This document shows positions 1-9,352 of a stretch of DNA of 64,000 nt, piece after piece (positions within the stretch are counted from its first letter, which is position 1; the number at the start of each line of letters is the position of its first letter). The stretch covers positions 1 through 64,000 of the forward strand of contig JAXMOL010000024.1 of NCBI GenBank assembly GCA_034669905.1, given 5' to 3'. This DNA comes from Candidatus Hydrogenedentota bacterium. Its GTDB lineage: Bacteria > Hydrogenedentota > Hydrogenedentia > Hydrogenedentales > JAEUWI01. The translations under genes were made by a program, and so were the position numbers. A model generated the notes under the pieces. That model was given only the letters and a program-made list of their open reading frames with translations. It did no database searches and was not told where the DNA came from.

Positions 1-429
<429 letters not shown>

Positions 430-433
<4 letters not shown>

Positions 434-963
434 GAAAGGCCTTCGCTGTAGCTACCCGCCCCCCCCACGTCGCATCCGCGTTGTTGCACTGGATTTTGCC
501 CGCCGTTCTGCTGGTGACCACCTCAACCTTCGCACCCGTAAATCCGCACGCGGAGCCCACACCCGGACACCTCAGCGTGCTGGAGCTCCAGCAGCTGGTG
601 GACGCCATGCTACTGGCCGATCGGCGCCGAGGCACCAATAAGTCGACCAATGTGTTGGAACTTCAACGGGCCCTTCTCAATACGATCGCACCCGATGAGT
701 CTCCGGACGATTCCCCCACAGCACCCCGCGATGCCGGCGTCTTGCCCGTGCCAGCACGTTTTCTCCTTCCAGCCGTCCATTCGCCGCCCTCGGTGCTGGA
801 CGTCATTTCGTCGAACCAGGCGCCGACGGCAACACCACTTCCGACGGGTCATCTGCCCCCCCATGCAGGAACCCGCATGCGCTATCAGTTTCACCTGCTT
901 TCGAATGCGCCCCCCGCCGTGGGCTTCCTTTCGACGACACGTTTAGATATGACGACGACATGA
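430..963 (+). CDS. Small exported/membrane protein with two degenerate dockerin-like helices, a Pro-rich region and a C-proximal NAPP motif
   Basis: ATG at 430 overlaps the upstream TGA. Hydrophobic segment [13 protein letters not shown]; repeats SVLELQQLV and [21 protein letters not shown] near the C-terminus. Confidence 0.55.
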
Positions 964-984
964 ATTCAACATGGAGAAACAACC

Positions 985-1860
985 ATGAAAAATCAACACC
1001 CCTTATACCATCTGTGCATGGCACTGGCCCTTGCACTACTGCTGTCCCCCCTCTCCTGGGCCCAGGACAGCGACCCCTGGGAAATCAACGCGGACATCGA
1101 TAACGATGGCGTTGTAGGCCCTACGGATATCCAACATGTCATCAACGATGCCCTCGGCCTGAATGACCGGGGTCCCGATGCCGTGGATTTACCCCTGCGC
1201 CAATATGTAGTGGCCAGTCCCCGCGCGAGTCTCTCCCGCCTGCCCGGCGGTGCCGCCAATGGTGCCGAGGGCTGTGACACGGTCGGTGCGGCGAGCAATT
1301 TCCCCCGCCGCAATGGCCGCCTCCTGGTGCGCGACAACACGGGCATCGTCTTCCGGTATGACCGCAATGTAGAAGGCGTGTGGCATGACAACGCCTGCGG
1401 ATTGCTACGCTCCGAGCTCATTGTCCACATCCAACGGATCCCTGATCCCACGGAAGGTGATGACAGTAACACGGATGTCACAACCAGAATTGCCGAGGAA
1501 GAAACGGCCTGGCAGTTGCTGGGACGGGACGGTGCGGCCGGCCGGGGTTGCGGTCCTGCGGTGGGCACGGCCAACATTGGCGTGCGCCACCTCTTCGACG
1601 AACCCGGTGATTTCGTCGTGCGGTGTATCATCCGAACCTTCGCGATTCCGGAGCGGGAAATTGTGGAAGCCGGCGAAGCCGCCAGTTTCTGTGGCGCGAC
1701 CCGTGATGTCGACATCGTGTTGACCCACGTGCGCGTGATACCCCGCCGTGCCACCGATGATGACCTGAACTGGCAAACCGATGACGACGCCAATACCGTC
1801 GGTGCCCGATTCGGCACCCTCCTCGAAAAGGAACCGGAAAGCAGCGTCGAATTGCCGTAA
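985..1860 (+). CDS. Secreted protein with an N-terminal dockerin/EF-hand-like Ca-binding motif and a Cys-containing domain of unknown function
   Basis: RBS GGAG; signal peptide ending LSWA|Q; ADIDNDGVVGPTDIQHVINDALG; followed by a terminator. Confidence 0.8.
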   Translation: MKNQHPLYHLCMALALALLLSPLSWAQDSDPWEINADIDNDGVVGPTDIQHVINDALGLNDRGPDAVDLPLRQYVVASPRASLSRLPGGAANGAEGCDTVGAASNFPRRNGRLLVRDNTGIVFRYDRNVEGVWHDNACGLLRSELIVHIQRIPDPTEGDDSNTDVTTRIAEEETAWQLLGRDGAAGRGCGPAVGTANIGVRHLFDEPGDFVVRCIIRTFAIPEREIVEAGEAASFCGATRDVDIVLTHVRVIPRRATDDDLNWQTDDDANTVGARFGTLLEKEPESSVELP

Positions 1861-1890
1861 CCACTACGGTCTGAAATAACCCTGTAACCA

Positions 1891-1924
1891 CGGGCAGCCC
1901 GCCCTCTGGCGGGCTGCCCGTTTT
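1891..1924 (+). terminator. Rho-independent terminator
   Basis: Perfect 13-bp stem CGGGCAGCCCGCC-ctct-GGCGGGCTGCCCG followed by TTTT. Confidence 0.85.
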
Positions 1925-2042
1925 ACGTGCCGTTACATACGGGTTACATGACGCCGGGGTGGACTATGATAGCCTGTAGTCTGGCGCAGGATTGGAACAT
2001 CCGGTGGGCAAGGACGCCGCTACGGGAAGCAACGGGAAAAGC

Positions 2043-2753
2043 ATGAGCGGAAAGCGCATACTCGTAATCGAAGACGACCGGGCCATTCGGCGGGGTATTG
2101 TGGATGTCCTCGAGGTGGAAGGCTACACGACCTTCGAAGCCCCGGATTTCACCCAGGGAAAGGCCGTGGCCACCGAGGCCGATGTGGATCTGCTCCTCCT
2201 CGACCTGATCCTTCCCGACGGGCATGGCTTTGATCTGCTTGCCGCTGTGCGTGCCACCCGCCCCACCCTGCCGGTTATTGTGCTAACCGCCCTCGGCCAA
2301 GAGCGTGATCGGGTTCGTGGACTCAAGCTCGGTGCCGACGATTATGTGGTGAAGCCATTCAGCGTGAACGAACTCCTCGCCCGGGTGGAAGCCGTCCTGC
2401 GCCGTTCACCTGCCCGACCGCAGGATGTGTCCGTGCTCCAGATCGGCGACGTGACCGTAGATTTTGCGCGCTGCGAAATTCAGCATCCTGACGGAGAGCG
2501 CGTCGAGTTGTCGGTCCGTGAACTGGAACTGCTGCGCTATCTCGCCCAACATGGCGGTCGGGCCGTCTCCCGCGATGAGTTACTGCAGAACATCTGGCAT
2601 GTAGCGCCCCGGGCTATCCTGGAAACCCGCACGATTGATATGCACATCAAGCGGTTGCGGAAAAAGCTCCGGGATTCGGCCACCCAACCCACCCGCATCC
2701 TTACGGTGCGGGGTAAAGGCTATATGTTGGCCCACCCCGAGGCGGTCGTGTGA
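2043..2753 (+). CDS. OmpR/PhoB-family DNA-binding response regulator
   Basis: ILVIEDD, LLLLDLILPDG, GADDYVVKPF; winged-helix TRTIDMHIKRLRKKL...TVRGKGY. Start placed at ATG 2043. Confidence 0.93.
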   Translation: MSGKRILVIEDDRAIRRGIVDVLEVEGYTTFEAPDFTQGKAVATEADVDLLLLDLILPDGHGFDLLAAVRATRPTLPVIVLTALGQERDRVRGLKLGADDYVVKPFSVNELLARVEAVLRRSPARPQDVSVLQIGDVTVDFARCEIQHPDGERVELSVRELELLRYLAQHGGRAVSRDELLQNIWHVAPRAILETRTIDMHIKRLRKKLRDSATQPTRILTVRGKGYMLAHPEAVV

Positions 2754-4741
2754 AGCATCCCTTTCTCAGCATCCTGCTCCTCGCCCTCTGCGTTGGCACC
2801 GGTCTCCTGAGCATCCTCTGGCTCAGCAATACCATCCTCCAGCTGGACCAGACCCAACGGGATTACCAGGAGCATGGGGCGCGCGAGGAAAAAGTGCGGT
2901 TGGCCCTCTGGCGCATGGATTCGGCTCTGGGGCCCTTTATCGCCGCCGAGAGCATGCGACCCTATGAATTCTACAGCGCTTTCTACCGGGCCAGCGAGGC
3001 GGTAAACCCTTATACCAATGGGGTGTTCACCGCACCCGTGCTCCTACCCTCTCCCCTGCTCACCTATTCGTCGGAGTATGTGAAGCTACACTTTCAGATT
3101 GACGCCCGGGAATCGCTTCAATCACCCCAGGTGCCCCCGGAAGCCCAGCGTCTCCTGGCGGAGTCGAACTATCTCACGATCTCGGACATCGAGCGGGCGG
3201 TAGCACGCCTTGAAGAACTCGATGGGCAGCTCCAATACGACCCCTTACTCACGGCGCTTGAAGAAAACCAACGAAACGACGTGAGCGTGCCCCCAGGCCC
3301 TTCCTCGGCGGACCCCACCCCGGATATCCAGGCCCTCAGCAACAACGCCGAACTCTATTCGCGCATCAATCAGGCGGAAATTCATCAAAGCAACCTACCA
3401 CTGAAAATCGTCAACAAGGACGCGGGAAGTGGACGGGACGACGTGACAGGAGCCCCACAGCCGGATAGCGCGGGATTCGGTGGCGGCGGGGGTGGGTTCG
3501 GCGTACCCGGCACCCAAGGTGGCGGTGCGGGAGGATTCGGAGGCGGTGGGCAAGGCAACTTTCTCGATAGTGGCGTCGGGGTATGGCAAGGTGGTGAAGA
3601 CCTGCCGCAGCCCGACGTTCCCGTGCAATGGCAGGCACCGGAGGGTGGAGTGGAAGAGCCAATCATCCCCATTTGGTATGCCGACGAACTCCTGCTCCTT
3701 CGACGGGTACGCATCGGGGACGAAACAGTCCTCCAGGGGTGCTGGCTTGATTGGGACGCCGTGCAACGCTGGTTGGTGGGCCTCTGCGCCGACCTGCTGC
3801 CGGAAGCCCAGCTGGTGGCGGCCCCCGGGCGCATCACAGAAGACCCACGGGTGCCGGGGCGACAACTGGCCTCCCTCCCGGTTCGCCTGCTGCCTGGCGA
3901 ACTCCCGCCGCTGCTGGATTTTGCCGCCTCCCCGCTGCGTCGTTATCTCGTGCTGGCCGTCGGGGCCATTGCGACGGCCACCCTTGCCCTCACCGCACTG
4001 CTCTGGGGTACCCTTTCCCTGAGCGAGCGCCGCGCCCGCTTCGTCTCGGCAGTCACCCATGAATTACGCACGCCCCTGACGACCTTCCGACTGTACACGG
4101 AGATGCTCCTTGAGGGTAAGGTCCCGGATGAGCAAAAGCGCGATAACTACCTGAAAACACTCCATGCCGAGTCAAACCGACTTTCTCATCTGGTAGAGAA
4201 TGTATTGTCCTACGCGCGACTGGAACGTAGCCGCCCAGCCAGCCGCAAGGAAGTGCTCTCCGTTGAAGAGACCCTGGAGACCATCCTTCCTCGGCTGCAG
4301 CAGCGCGCCCATCAATGCACCGTCGAATTCCATACAGAACTAACACAAACCGATGTTTACGTGTGTATTGACCGGGAGATTGTCGGTCAGATTCTTTATA
4401 ACCTGACCGACAACGCCTGCAAATACGGAATAACCGATACAAAACAATATATATCGCTGATCCAGCGCTCCACGAGTCGGTATGTTGAGTTTTGTGTCCG
4501 GGACTTTGGCGTTGGGATCCGCCCTGCCGATGTGCGGCGTATTTTCCGGCCCTTTACGAAATCCGTGCAGGAAGCGGCACGGTCCGCACCGGGTGTCGGG
4601 CTGGGATTGGGGCTCAGCCGCCGCCTCGCCCGCTCCCAGGGTGGGCGTCTCTTCTTGGAGCCGGTCGACCGTGGGGCATGCTTCGTCTTGCGCCTTCCCC
4701 GCCATCGGGGGAAGGACGGGAATTCCGAGGCTACCGCCTAG
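2750..4741 (+). CDS. Membrane sensor histidine kinase with a Gly-rich periplasmic insert
   Basis: Two TM segments; H-box FVSAVTHELRTPLT; N-box NLTDNACKY; DFGVGI; GVGLGL; GTGA overlap with the regulator. Confidence 0.93.
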   Translation: MKHPFLSILLLALCVGTGLLSILWLSNTILQLDQTQRDYQEHGAREEKVRLALWRMDSALGPFIAAESMRPYEFYSAFYRASEAVNPYTNGVFTAPVLLPSPLLTYSSEYVKLHFQIDARESLQSPQVPPEAQRLLAESNYLTISDIERAVARLEELDGQLQYDPLLTALEENQRNDVSVPPGPSSADPTPDIQALSNNAELYSRINQAEIHQSNLPLKIVNKDAGSGRDDVTGAPQPDSAGFGGGGGGFGVPGTQGGGAGGFGGGGQGNFLDSGVGVWQGGEDLPQPDVPVQWQAPEGGVEEPIIPIWYADELLLLRRVRIGDETVLQGCWLDWDAVQRWLVGLCADLLPEAQLVAAPGRITEDPRVPGRQLASLPVRLLPGELPPLLDFAASPLRRYLVLAVGAIATATLALTALLWGTLSLSERRARFVSAVTHELRTPLTTFRLYTEMLLEGKVPDEQKRDNYLKTLHAESNRLSHLVENVLSYARLERSRPASRKEVLSVEETLETILPRLQQRAHQCTVEFHTELTQTDVYVCIDREIVGQILYNLTDNACKYGITDTKQYISLIQRSTSRYVEFCVRDFGVGIRPADVRRIFRPFTKSVQEAARSAPGVGLGLGLSRRLARSQGGRLFLEPVDRGACFVLRLPRHRGKDGNSEATA

Positions 4742-4845
4742 CAGTCGCGCCTCTCCACGGTGGCAAAGCACTCCCCCTTTCCGAGCACCCGTGACGTCCT
4801 GGGGAAACGCCGTCCCACTGCATCGAGCTCGCGTCGCGCATTTAC

Positions 4846-4877
4846 TTGTTGACAACAACTATTGTTTATGGTAGATT
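4846..4877 (+). promoter_or_regulatory. Sigma70 promoter of marR overlapped by a palindromic operator
   Basis: TTGACA (4849-4854), 17 nt, TAGATT (4872-4877) with an extended -10 TG. Palindrome TTGTT-GAC-AACAA (4846-4858) covers the -35. Confidence 0.75.
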
Positions 4878-4896
4878 TTAGTCAGCGAGGTTAATC

Positions 4897-5364
4897 ATGC
4901 CCAAATCACTACAAGATGAAATTAAACAGACCAAGCCCTTCACCAGTCTCGAGGTGGAAGCCTATCTGAATATCGTGCGCACCGAAGCGGCCCTGTCTCA
5001 GGCGGTTCATGGGTGTTTCAAGCAATATGGCATCACCCAGACGATTTACAATTTAATGCGTATCATTCGGGGCGGTCCCGATGAAGGGGTCCCCTGCTCG
5101 AACATCGCTGACCGACTGGTCGCCCGGGTACCCGACGTGACCCGACTCGTCGATCGGGCGGTGAATCTGGGACTGGTCATTCGAACGCGACCGGAAAACG
5201 ACCGGCGGGTGGTGCTCCTATCCCTCACCCCCAAGGGCCAGGACTTACTTGACCAGCTCGCGCCCCCGCTGGATGTCCTCCACCGGCAACAGATGGGTAC
5301 CCTGTCGGAGGAAGAGCTCCGGACCGTGATTGACCTGATGACCCGACTCCGGGCGGTCGAATAA
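4897..5364 (+). CDS. MarR-family transcriptional regulator
   Basis: PDVTRLVDR...GLVIRTRPENDRRVVLLSLTPKG winged-HTH signature; 155 aa. Confidence 0.92.
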   Translation: MPKSLQDEIKQTKPFTSLEVEAYLNIVRTEAALSQAVHGCFKQYGITQTIYNLMRIIRGGPDEGVPCSNIADRLVARVPDVTRLVDRAVNLGLVIRTRPENDRRVVLLSLTPKGQDLLDQLAPPLDVLHRQQMGTLSEEELRTVIDLMTRLRAVE

Positions 5365-5404
5365 TTTACATGCTCAAAACCAGCGCCTGACGCTGGCCAA
5401 ATAT

Positions 5405-5417
5405 TTGTTGTAAACAA
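5405..5417 (+). promoter_or_regulatory. Second copy of the putative MarR operator
   Basis: TTGTT-GTA-AACAA, the same TTGTT-N3-AACAA pattern as 4846-4858, 28 nt upstream of the nitroreductase start. Confidence 0.65.
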
Positions 5418-5444
5418 TAGTTGCACCTAACAAAGGAGAAGCCC

Positions 5445-6068
5445 ATGGACTTTGCACAGATTGCCGAAACACGCCGAAGTGTTAAACAGTTTGACCCCGA
5501 GACCGCCATTTCAGACGAGGAGCTCACCACCCTTTTCGAGCAGGTCGTCCTCACCCCCAGCTCCTTCAATCTCCAGCATTGGTCCTTCGTCGCGGTCCGC
5601 GATAAGGCGCTGAAATCGGCCATGCAGGAGATTGCCTGGGGACAGCAGCAGGTGAGCGACAGCTCGGTGGCCATCCTGGTTTCGGGCAAGCTGAACGCCT
5701 ATGAAGACGCTCCCACTATCTACGCGGAGACGCCCCCGTCGGTGCAGGACATGGTGCTCCCCATGATTGATGGTTTTTATCGGGAAAAACCACAATCTCA
5801 GCGGGATGAGGCGGTTCGCAGCGGTTCTTTGGCGGCTATGTCGCTCATGTATGCGGCACAGGATATGGGATTCTCGACAGGACCTATGATCGGTTTTGAT
5901 TCGGATGCAATGGTTAAGCTGCTGCATTTGCCGGAAAACCATATTCCCGTCATGCTCATCGTTCTGGGTAAGGGCGTGGGCGAATTGCGGCCCCGGGCCT
6001 ACCGACGTCCCTTATCGGAGGTCGTGAAACTCGATTATTTTGACGGGGAAAGTCTCGGCGGCGGTTGA
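5445..6068 (+). CDS. Nitroreductase family FMN-dependent oxidoreductase
   Basis: RBS AAGGAG; RRSVKQFD, TPSSFNLQHW, STGPMIGFD. Confidence 0.92.
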   Translation: MDFAQIAETRRSVKQFDPETAISDEELTTLFEQVVLTPSSFNLQHWSFVAVRDKALKSAMQEIAWGQQQVSDSSVAILVSGKLNAYEDAPTIYAETPPSVQDMVLPMIDGFYREKPQSQRDEAVRSGSLAAMSLMYAAQDMGFSTGPMIGFDSDAMVKLLHLPENHIPVMLIVLGKGVGELRPRAYRRPLSEVVKLDYFDGESLGGG

Positions 6069-6098
6069 GTTGGTCTGCCCCATGAAAAGGAGAATCGT

Positions 6099-6995
6099 TT
6101 GAAAAAAGCAACCCGTGACGCGGCCATGCTCTGGGGCATGGCCGCCAATATCACCCTCAGTTTAATCCTTTTGCGGCAGCTACAGGCCGAGGGACTGCAC
6201 CCGCTCCACGCAACCCTCTTTCAGGCCTTCGGGTGCGCCGCCTGCATTGCCCTCGTCGACCGGGGTGCCGTATCGCGAATAATCGCCTACCGGGGCAGTA
6301 TCCAATACTTTGTGATCGCCTCCCTGCTTGGCTTCACCATTCCGCGGCTTGTGGTCTCCGGTGCGGTTTCCCATACGGGAGTGGGATTGACCACCCTGGC
6401 CTTTACGCTCCCCCTGGTGGTGACCTATGTCATCGCCCTGGGGATGAATGTGGAGTCCTTTGACCGGAAGCGACTGGCCTTTCTCAGTCTCACACTGGTG
6501 GGTGCCGTGCTCTACGTCAGCACCCGGGGCGCCACGATGCATGCGGAGAGTCACTGGCTCTACATCCTCATGTTGGCCCCCATCGCCCTGGGAATCGGAA
6601 ACATCTACCGAAGCGTGGCGTGGCCCGGGGATTTGAGTCCGACCACCACCGCCCTGGCGACAGCGCTGTGCTCCTTGGTGACCTATGGGGTCCTTGCCGC
6701 CGTCTACCCCGCAGAGACGCCCCGCGCCTTCTTTGCGAGCGGCAGCCACCTGGTGCTCTTGCTCCTTTTCATGGGGATTGCGGGCAGCAGTCAACTCTTG
6801 CTCTTTCACCTCCAGCAATCGGCGGGGCCGGTCTATATTGGCCAATCCGGTGCCTTGGTGGTGCTCCTGGGTGGCGTCACGGGCGCCATTTTCTTCAACG
6901 AGCACTACAGCCTGATTACCCTGCTGGGCAGCGTGCTTATTGCGGCGGGGGTCTACACCTATTGCCGCTCCCGGGCCCTCGAGGGGAGCCACTAA
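6099..6995 (+). CDS. DMT/EamA-family transporter
   Basis: About 10 hydrophobic helices in two halves; SAGPVYIGQ...FFNEHYS...GSVLIAAGV; RBS AAGGAG and TTG start. Confidence 0.8.
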   Translation: MKKATRDAAMLWGMAANITLSLILLRQLQAEGLHPLHATLFQAFGCAACIALVDRGAVSRIIAYRGSIQYFVIASLLGFTIPRLVVSGAVSHTGVGLTTLAFTLPLVVTYVIALGMNVESFDRKRLAFLSLTLVGAVLYVSTRGATMHAESHWLYILMLAPIALGIGNIYRSVAWPGDLSPTTTALATALCSLVTYGVLAAVYPAETPRAFFASGSHLVLLLLFMGIAGSSQLLLFHLQQSAGPVYIGQSGALVVLLGGVTGAIFFNEHYSLITLLGSVLIAAGVYTYCRSRALEGSH

Positions 6996-7048
6996 CGAAC
7001 AAACGCGCGAGGCTGTGTTTACCGCGCCTCGGCGCAAACACAAATCAT

Positions 7049-7134
7049 CGTCATCCCCGCGAAGGCGGGGAACCAGAAGCGCGGACAAAGAGAACGGGGA
7101 TACCCACTGGATTCCCGCCTGCGCGGGAATGACG
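7049..7134. repeat. REP-like inverted doublet (GTCATyCCCGCG..GCGGG..CCAG family)
   Basis: CGTCATCCCCGCGAAGGCGGGGAACCAG (7049-7076) and near reverse complement CTGGATTCCCGCCTGCGCGGGAATGACG (7107-7134), between convergent genes. A partial third GGGAATGACGG follows. Confidence 0.8.
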
Positions 7135-7269
7135 GGGGTCGGAGTGATGCCGTCCGTAGGGGAATGACGGGGGGCGGCGCTTGTCGAATTACCTTACCCC
7201 TGCGCAAACGCGCGAGGCACCCATTGGAGGGACCTCGCGCGTGCACGTTTCGATACTAAGAGGAGGGCA

Positions 7270-8166
7270 TCAGGGAGCGAAGATGCGATCGTAGCGGCCC
7301 ATGAAGCGGCCACTGTCCACACTGACCGGGAAACGGTCGGCGGGGTACTTGATGAACTCCACGTGGCCATCGAGATAGAGCACATTGCCACCCCCTGGCA
7401 CGTGAGCGAAGGCACCGGCATTGGCACTGATGTGATCCCACATGAGCGGCACGTTGCTCGACGACGCGGCCGTCGCAGCCGGGTTGTTGATATCGGTAAT
7501 CAGAAAGCGCTCGATACCCTGTCGGAGGCGATAGAGGGTGTCTCCCCCACCGGCCTGGGTGCCGGCGTAGGTGGCCGACACCGTGAAGTCTTCATCACTG
7601 GCATCCCCGTTGGTGGCGATGTTTTCCAAGGCCAATTCGCCAAAGGGCGTGTTCATCATTTCCGCCGACGTGAAACGGTGGCCATTGGCAGCATCGGAGC
7701 CGAGGGTCCCCACCAGGGGGCCGAGCACGTTGACATCATCCATAATCATCCAGCCGGTGTAATCATAGGGACCGCGGGCCAGTTCCGCCGGTTCAATCAC
7801 GCCGTTATCATTCCCCTTGACACCGTCATACCGCGCCAGGGCCGAGCCCCGGGAATCCGACGGACACCAGACGGTTTCCAGGTCGGAGAGGTACTCGGGA
7901 TAGACGGCCGGTCCGTCAAAGATGTGCTCGAAACTCAGGTCACCGAAGACGTCAAAAACGAGGCGCGATGGATAGCGATTGCCCCGACTCTCGTTGGCAT
8001 ACATGGTCAGGGACAATCCGAGTTGCTTCAGATTGTTCTGACAGGATGCCCGCCGTGCCGCCTCCCGGGCCCGTGCCAGTGCGGGGAGCAGGATAGCTGC
8101 CAGGATGCCGATGATGGCGATGACCACCAATAACTCAATTAACGTAAAACCACTGCGAATACGAAT
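7270..8166 (-). CDS. Prepilin-type N-terminal cleavage/methylation protein with DUF1559 and an H-X9-DG-like C-terminal motif
   Basis: [67 protein letters not shown]. Start uncertain: ATT at 8166 after SD GAAAGGG, or GTG at 8238 or 8268. Confidence 0.9.
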   Translation of the reverse strand: MRIRSGFTLIELLVVIAIIGILAAILLPALARAREAARRASCQNNLKQLGLSLTMYANESRGNRYPSRLVFDVFGDLSFEHIFDGPAVYPEYLSDLETVWCPSDSRGSALARYDGVKGNDNGVIEPAELARGPYDYTGWMIMDDVNVLGPLVGTLGSDAANGHRFTSAEMMNTPFGELALENIATNGDASDEDFTVSATYAGTQAGGGDTLYRLRQGIERFLITDINNPAATAASSSNVPLMWDHISANAGAFAHVPGGGNVLYLDGHVEFIKYPADRFPVSVDSGRFMGRYDRIFAP

Positions 8167-8245
8167 TGCTATACCCTTTCGATGACTACTTGCTGCCGTA
8201 AGACTACCACAATCCCCCCTGATTTCGGGGCGTGGCACCCCGGCA

Positions 8246-8278
8246 ATTGTCCTTGGCCCCCTACGCACTTGTCAAGTG
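8246..8278 (-). promoter_or_regulatory. Putative sigma70 promoter for the prepilin-like gene, with a palindrome over the -35
   Basis: Minus-strand TTGACA (8275-8270), 18 nt, GACAAT (8251-8246). Perfect IR CACTT-GTC-AAGTG at 8266-8278. Confidence 0.4.
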
Positions 8279-8369
8279 TTAACCCCATAGAACAGCCCAA
8301 TATTCCCGGCGATAGCCGGTAACCGACACACGGGGATTTCCCGTCCAACCCTGTGGCATACTCTCCGCC

Positions 8370-8843
8370 ATGAAGATTCGTCCCTACAGGCCCGATGATG
8401 TTGCCGCGCTGGCCGCCCTCTACCGCGATGCCGTGGAAGGCCTGGGGGCCGCCGCGTATAGCCCCGAACAGATTGCCGTATGGGCTGCCTTTGCGGATGA
8501 GCACGCGGCCTTTCGGGCGCGGCTCACTGAAGGCTTCGCCCTGGTCGCCGAGATGGACGGTGCGCCCGCTGCCTTTTGTCACCTCCACCCCCTGGATCAC
8601 ATTTCCCTCCTCTACACCGCCACCCGCTTTGCCCGGCAGGGCCTGGCGACGGCCGTCTATCGCGGCGTGGAAGCCTACGCACGGGACCACGGCCAGACCC
8701 GGCTCAACACGGATGCCAGCAAGATTTCCAGGCCCTTCTTTGCTCGAGAGGGCTACACCGTTGTGCAGGTGGAACACGTCGCGCGGCTGGGTGTAACCTT
8801 TGAGCGCTACACGATGGCGAAGGGGTTGACCGACGGGGTGTGA
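8370..8843 (+). CDS. GNAT-family N-acetyltransferase (YafP-like)
   Basis: YSPEQIAVWA; acetyl-CoA motif FARQGLATA; DASKISRPFFAREGY. Confidence 0.88.
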   Translation: MKIRPYRPDDVAALAALYRDAVEGLGAAAYSPEQIAVWAAFADEHAAFRARLTEGFALVAEMDGAPAAFCHLHPLDHISLLYTATRFARQGLATAVYRGVEAYARDHGQTRLNTDASKISRPFFAREGYTVVQVEHVARLGVTFERYTMAKGLTDGV

Positions 8844-8888
8844 GGGGGGATTGTGGTTAGCCGATGTTTCACGGACGATCAGCTGTGT

Positions 8889-9064
8889 CGCCCTTTCAGG
8901 GCTTTGGGATTGGCGGCCATCGGTACCCAGGGCGTTGCCCTGGGCTGTCGGAACTGTGTAGGCCCTTCGGGCCGATGTGGGCGCACACACAGGACTATGG
9001 GATCGGAGGCACCTCTGTACCCAGGGCGTAGCCGCAGGCAAGGGCCGCAATGCCTCTTCGGGGC
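8889..9064. repeat. Array of short GC-rich palindromes (REP-like: GCCCTTTCAGGGC / ACCCAGGGCGTTGCCCTGGGCT / GCCCTTCGGGC)
   Basis: Hairpins at 8889-8903, 8925-8946 and 8961-8973, with degenerate copies at 9019-9039 and 9052-9064; intergenic. Confidence 0.7.
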
Positions 9065-9352
9065 GACAGCCGTGTTTCGTCCGAGCCGATTGGTGCTCAA
9101 CGATAGCGATAGATTCAGGTGGTCATCGTACCGCGTGTACCCGAATCGCACGAACTCTCGTACCTCGAGATCGCGCGGCACGTCGGGTATCAAATCGATT
9201 GCACCACATGAATGTCGCCTCTTCTCCGTGGCACCCTTCAAGGGAATTTTATTGGGCTAATAGCGCCATGCCTCCCGCCTTGCTTGCTCCTCCGTCAGGC
9301 GTTATTATCGAAAGTTCGTTTGGACGTTCGTAATTCAAGGAGAGAGCCGACC

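Noticed and set aside
8169..9333. Several 118-293 aa ORFs over the palindrome array
   Set aside because: They overlap the GNAT gene or translate repeat DNA, and show no protein motifs.
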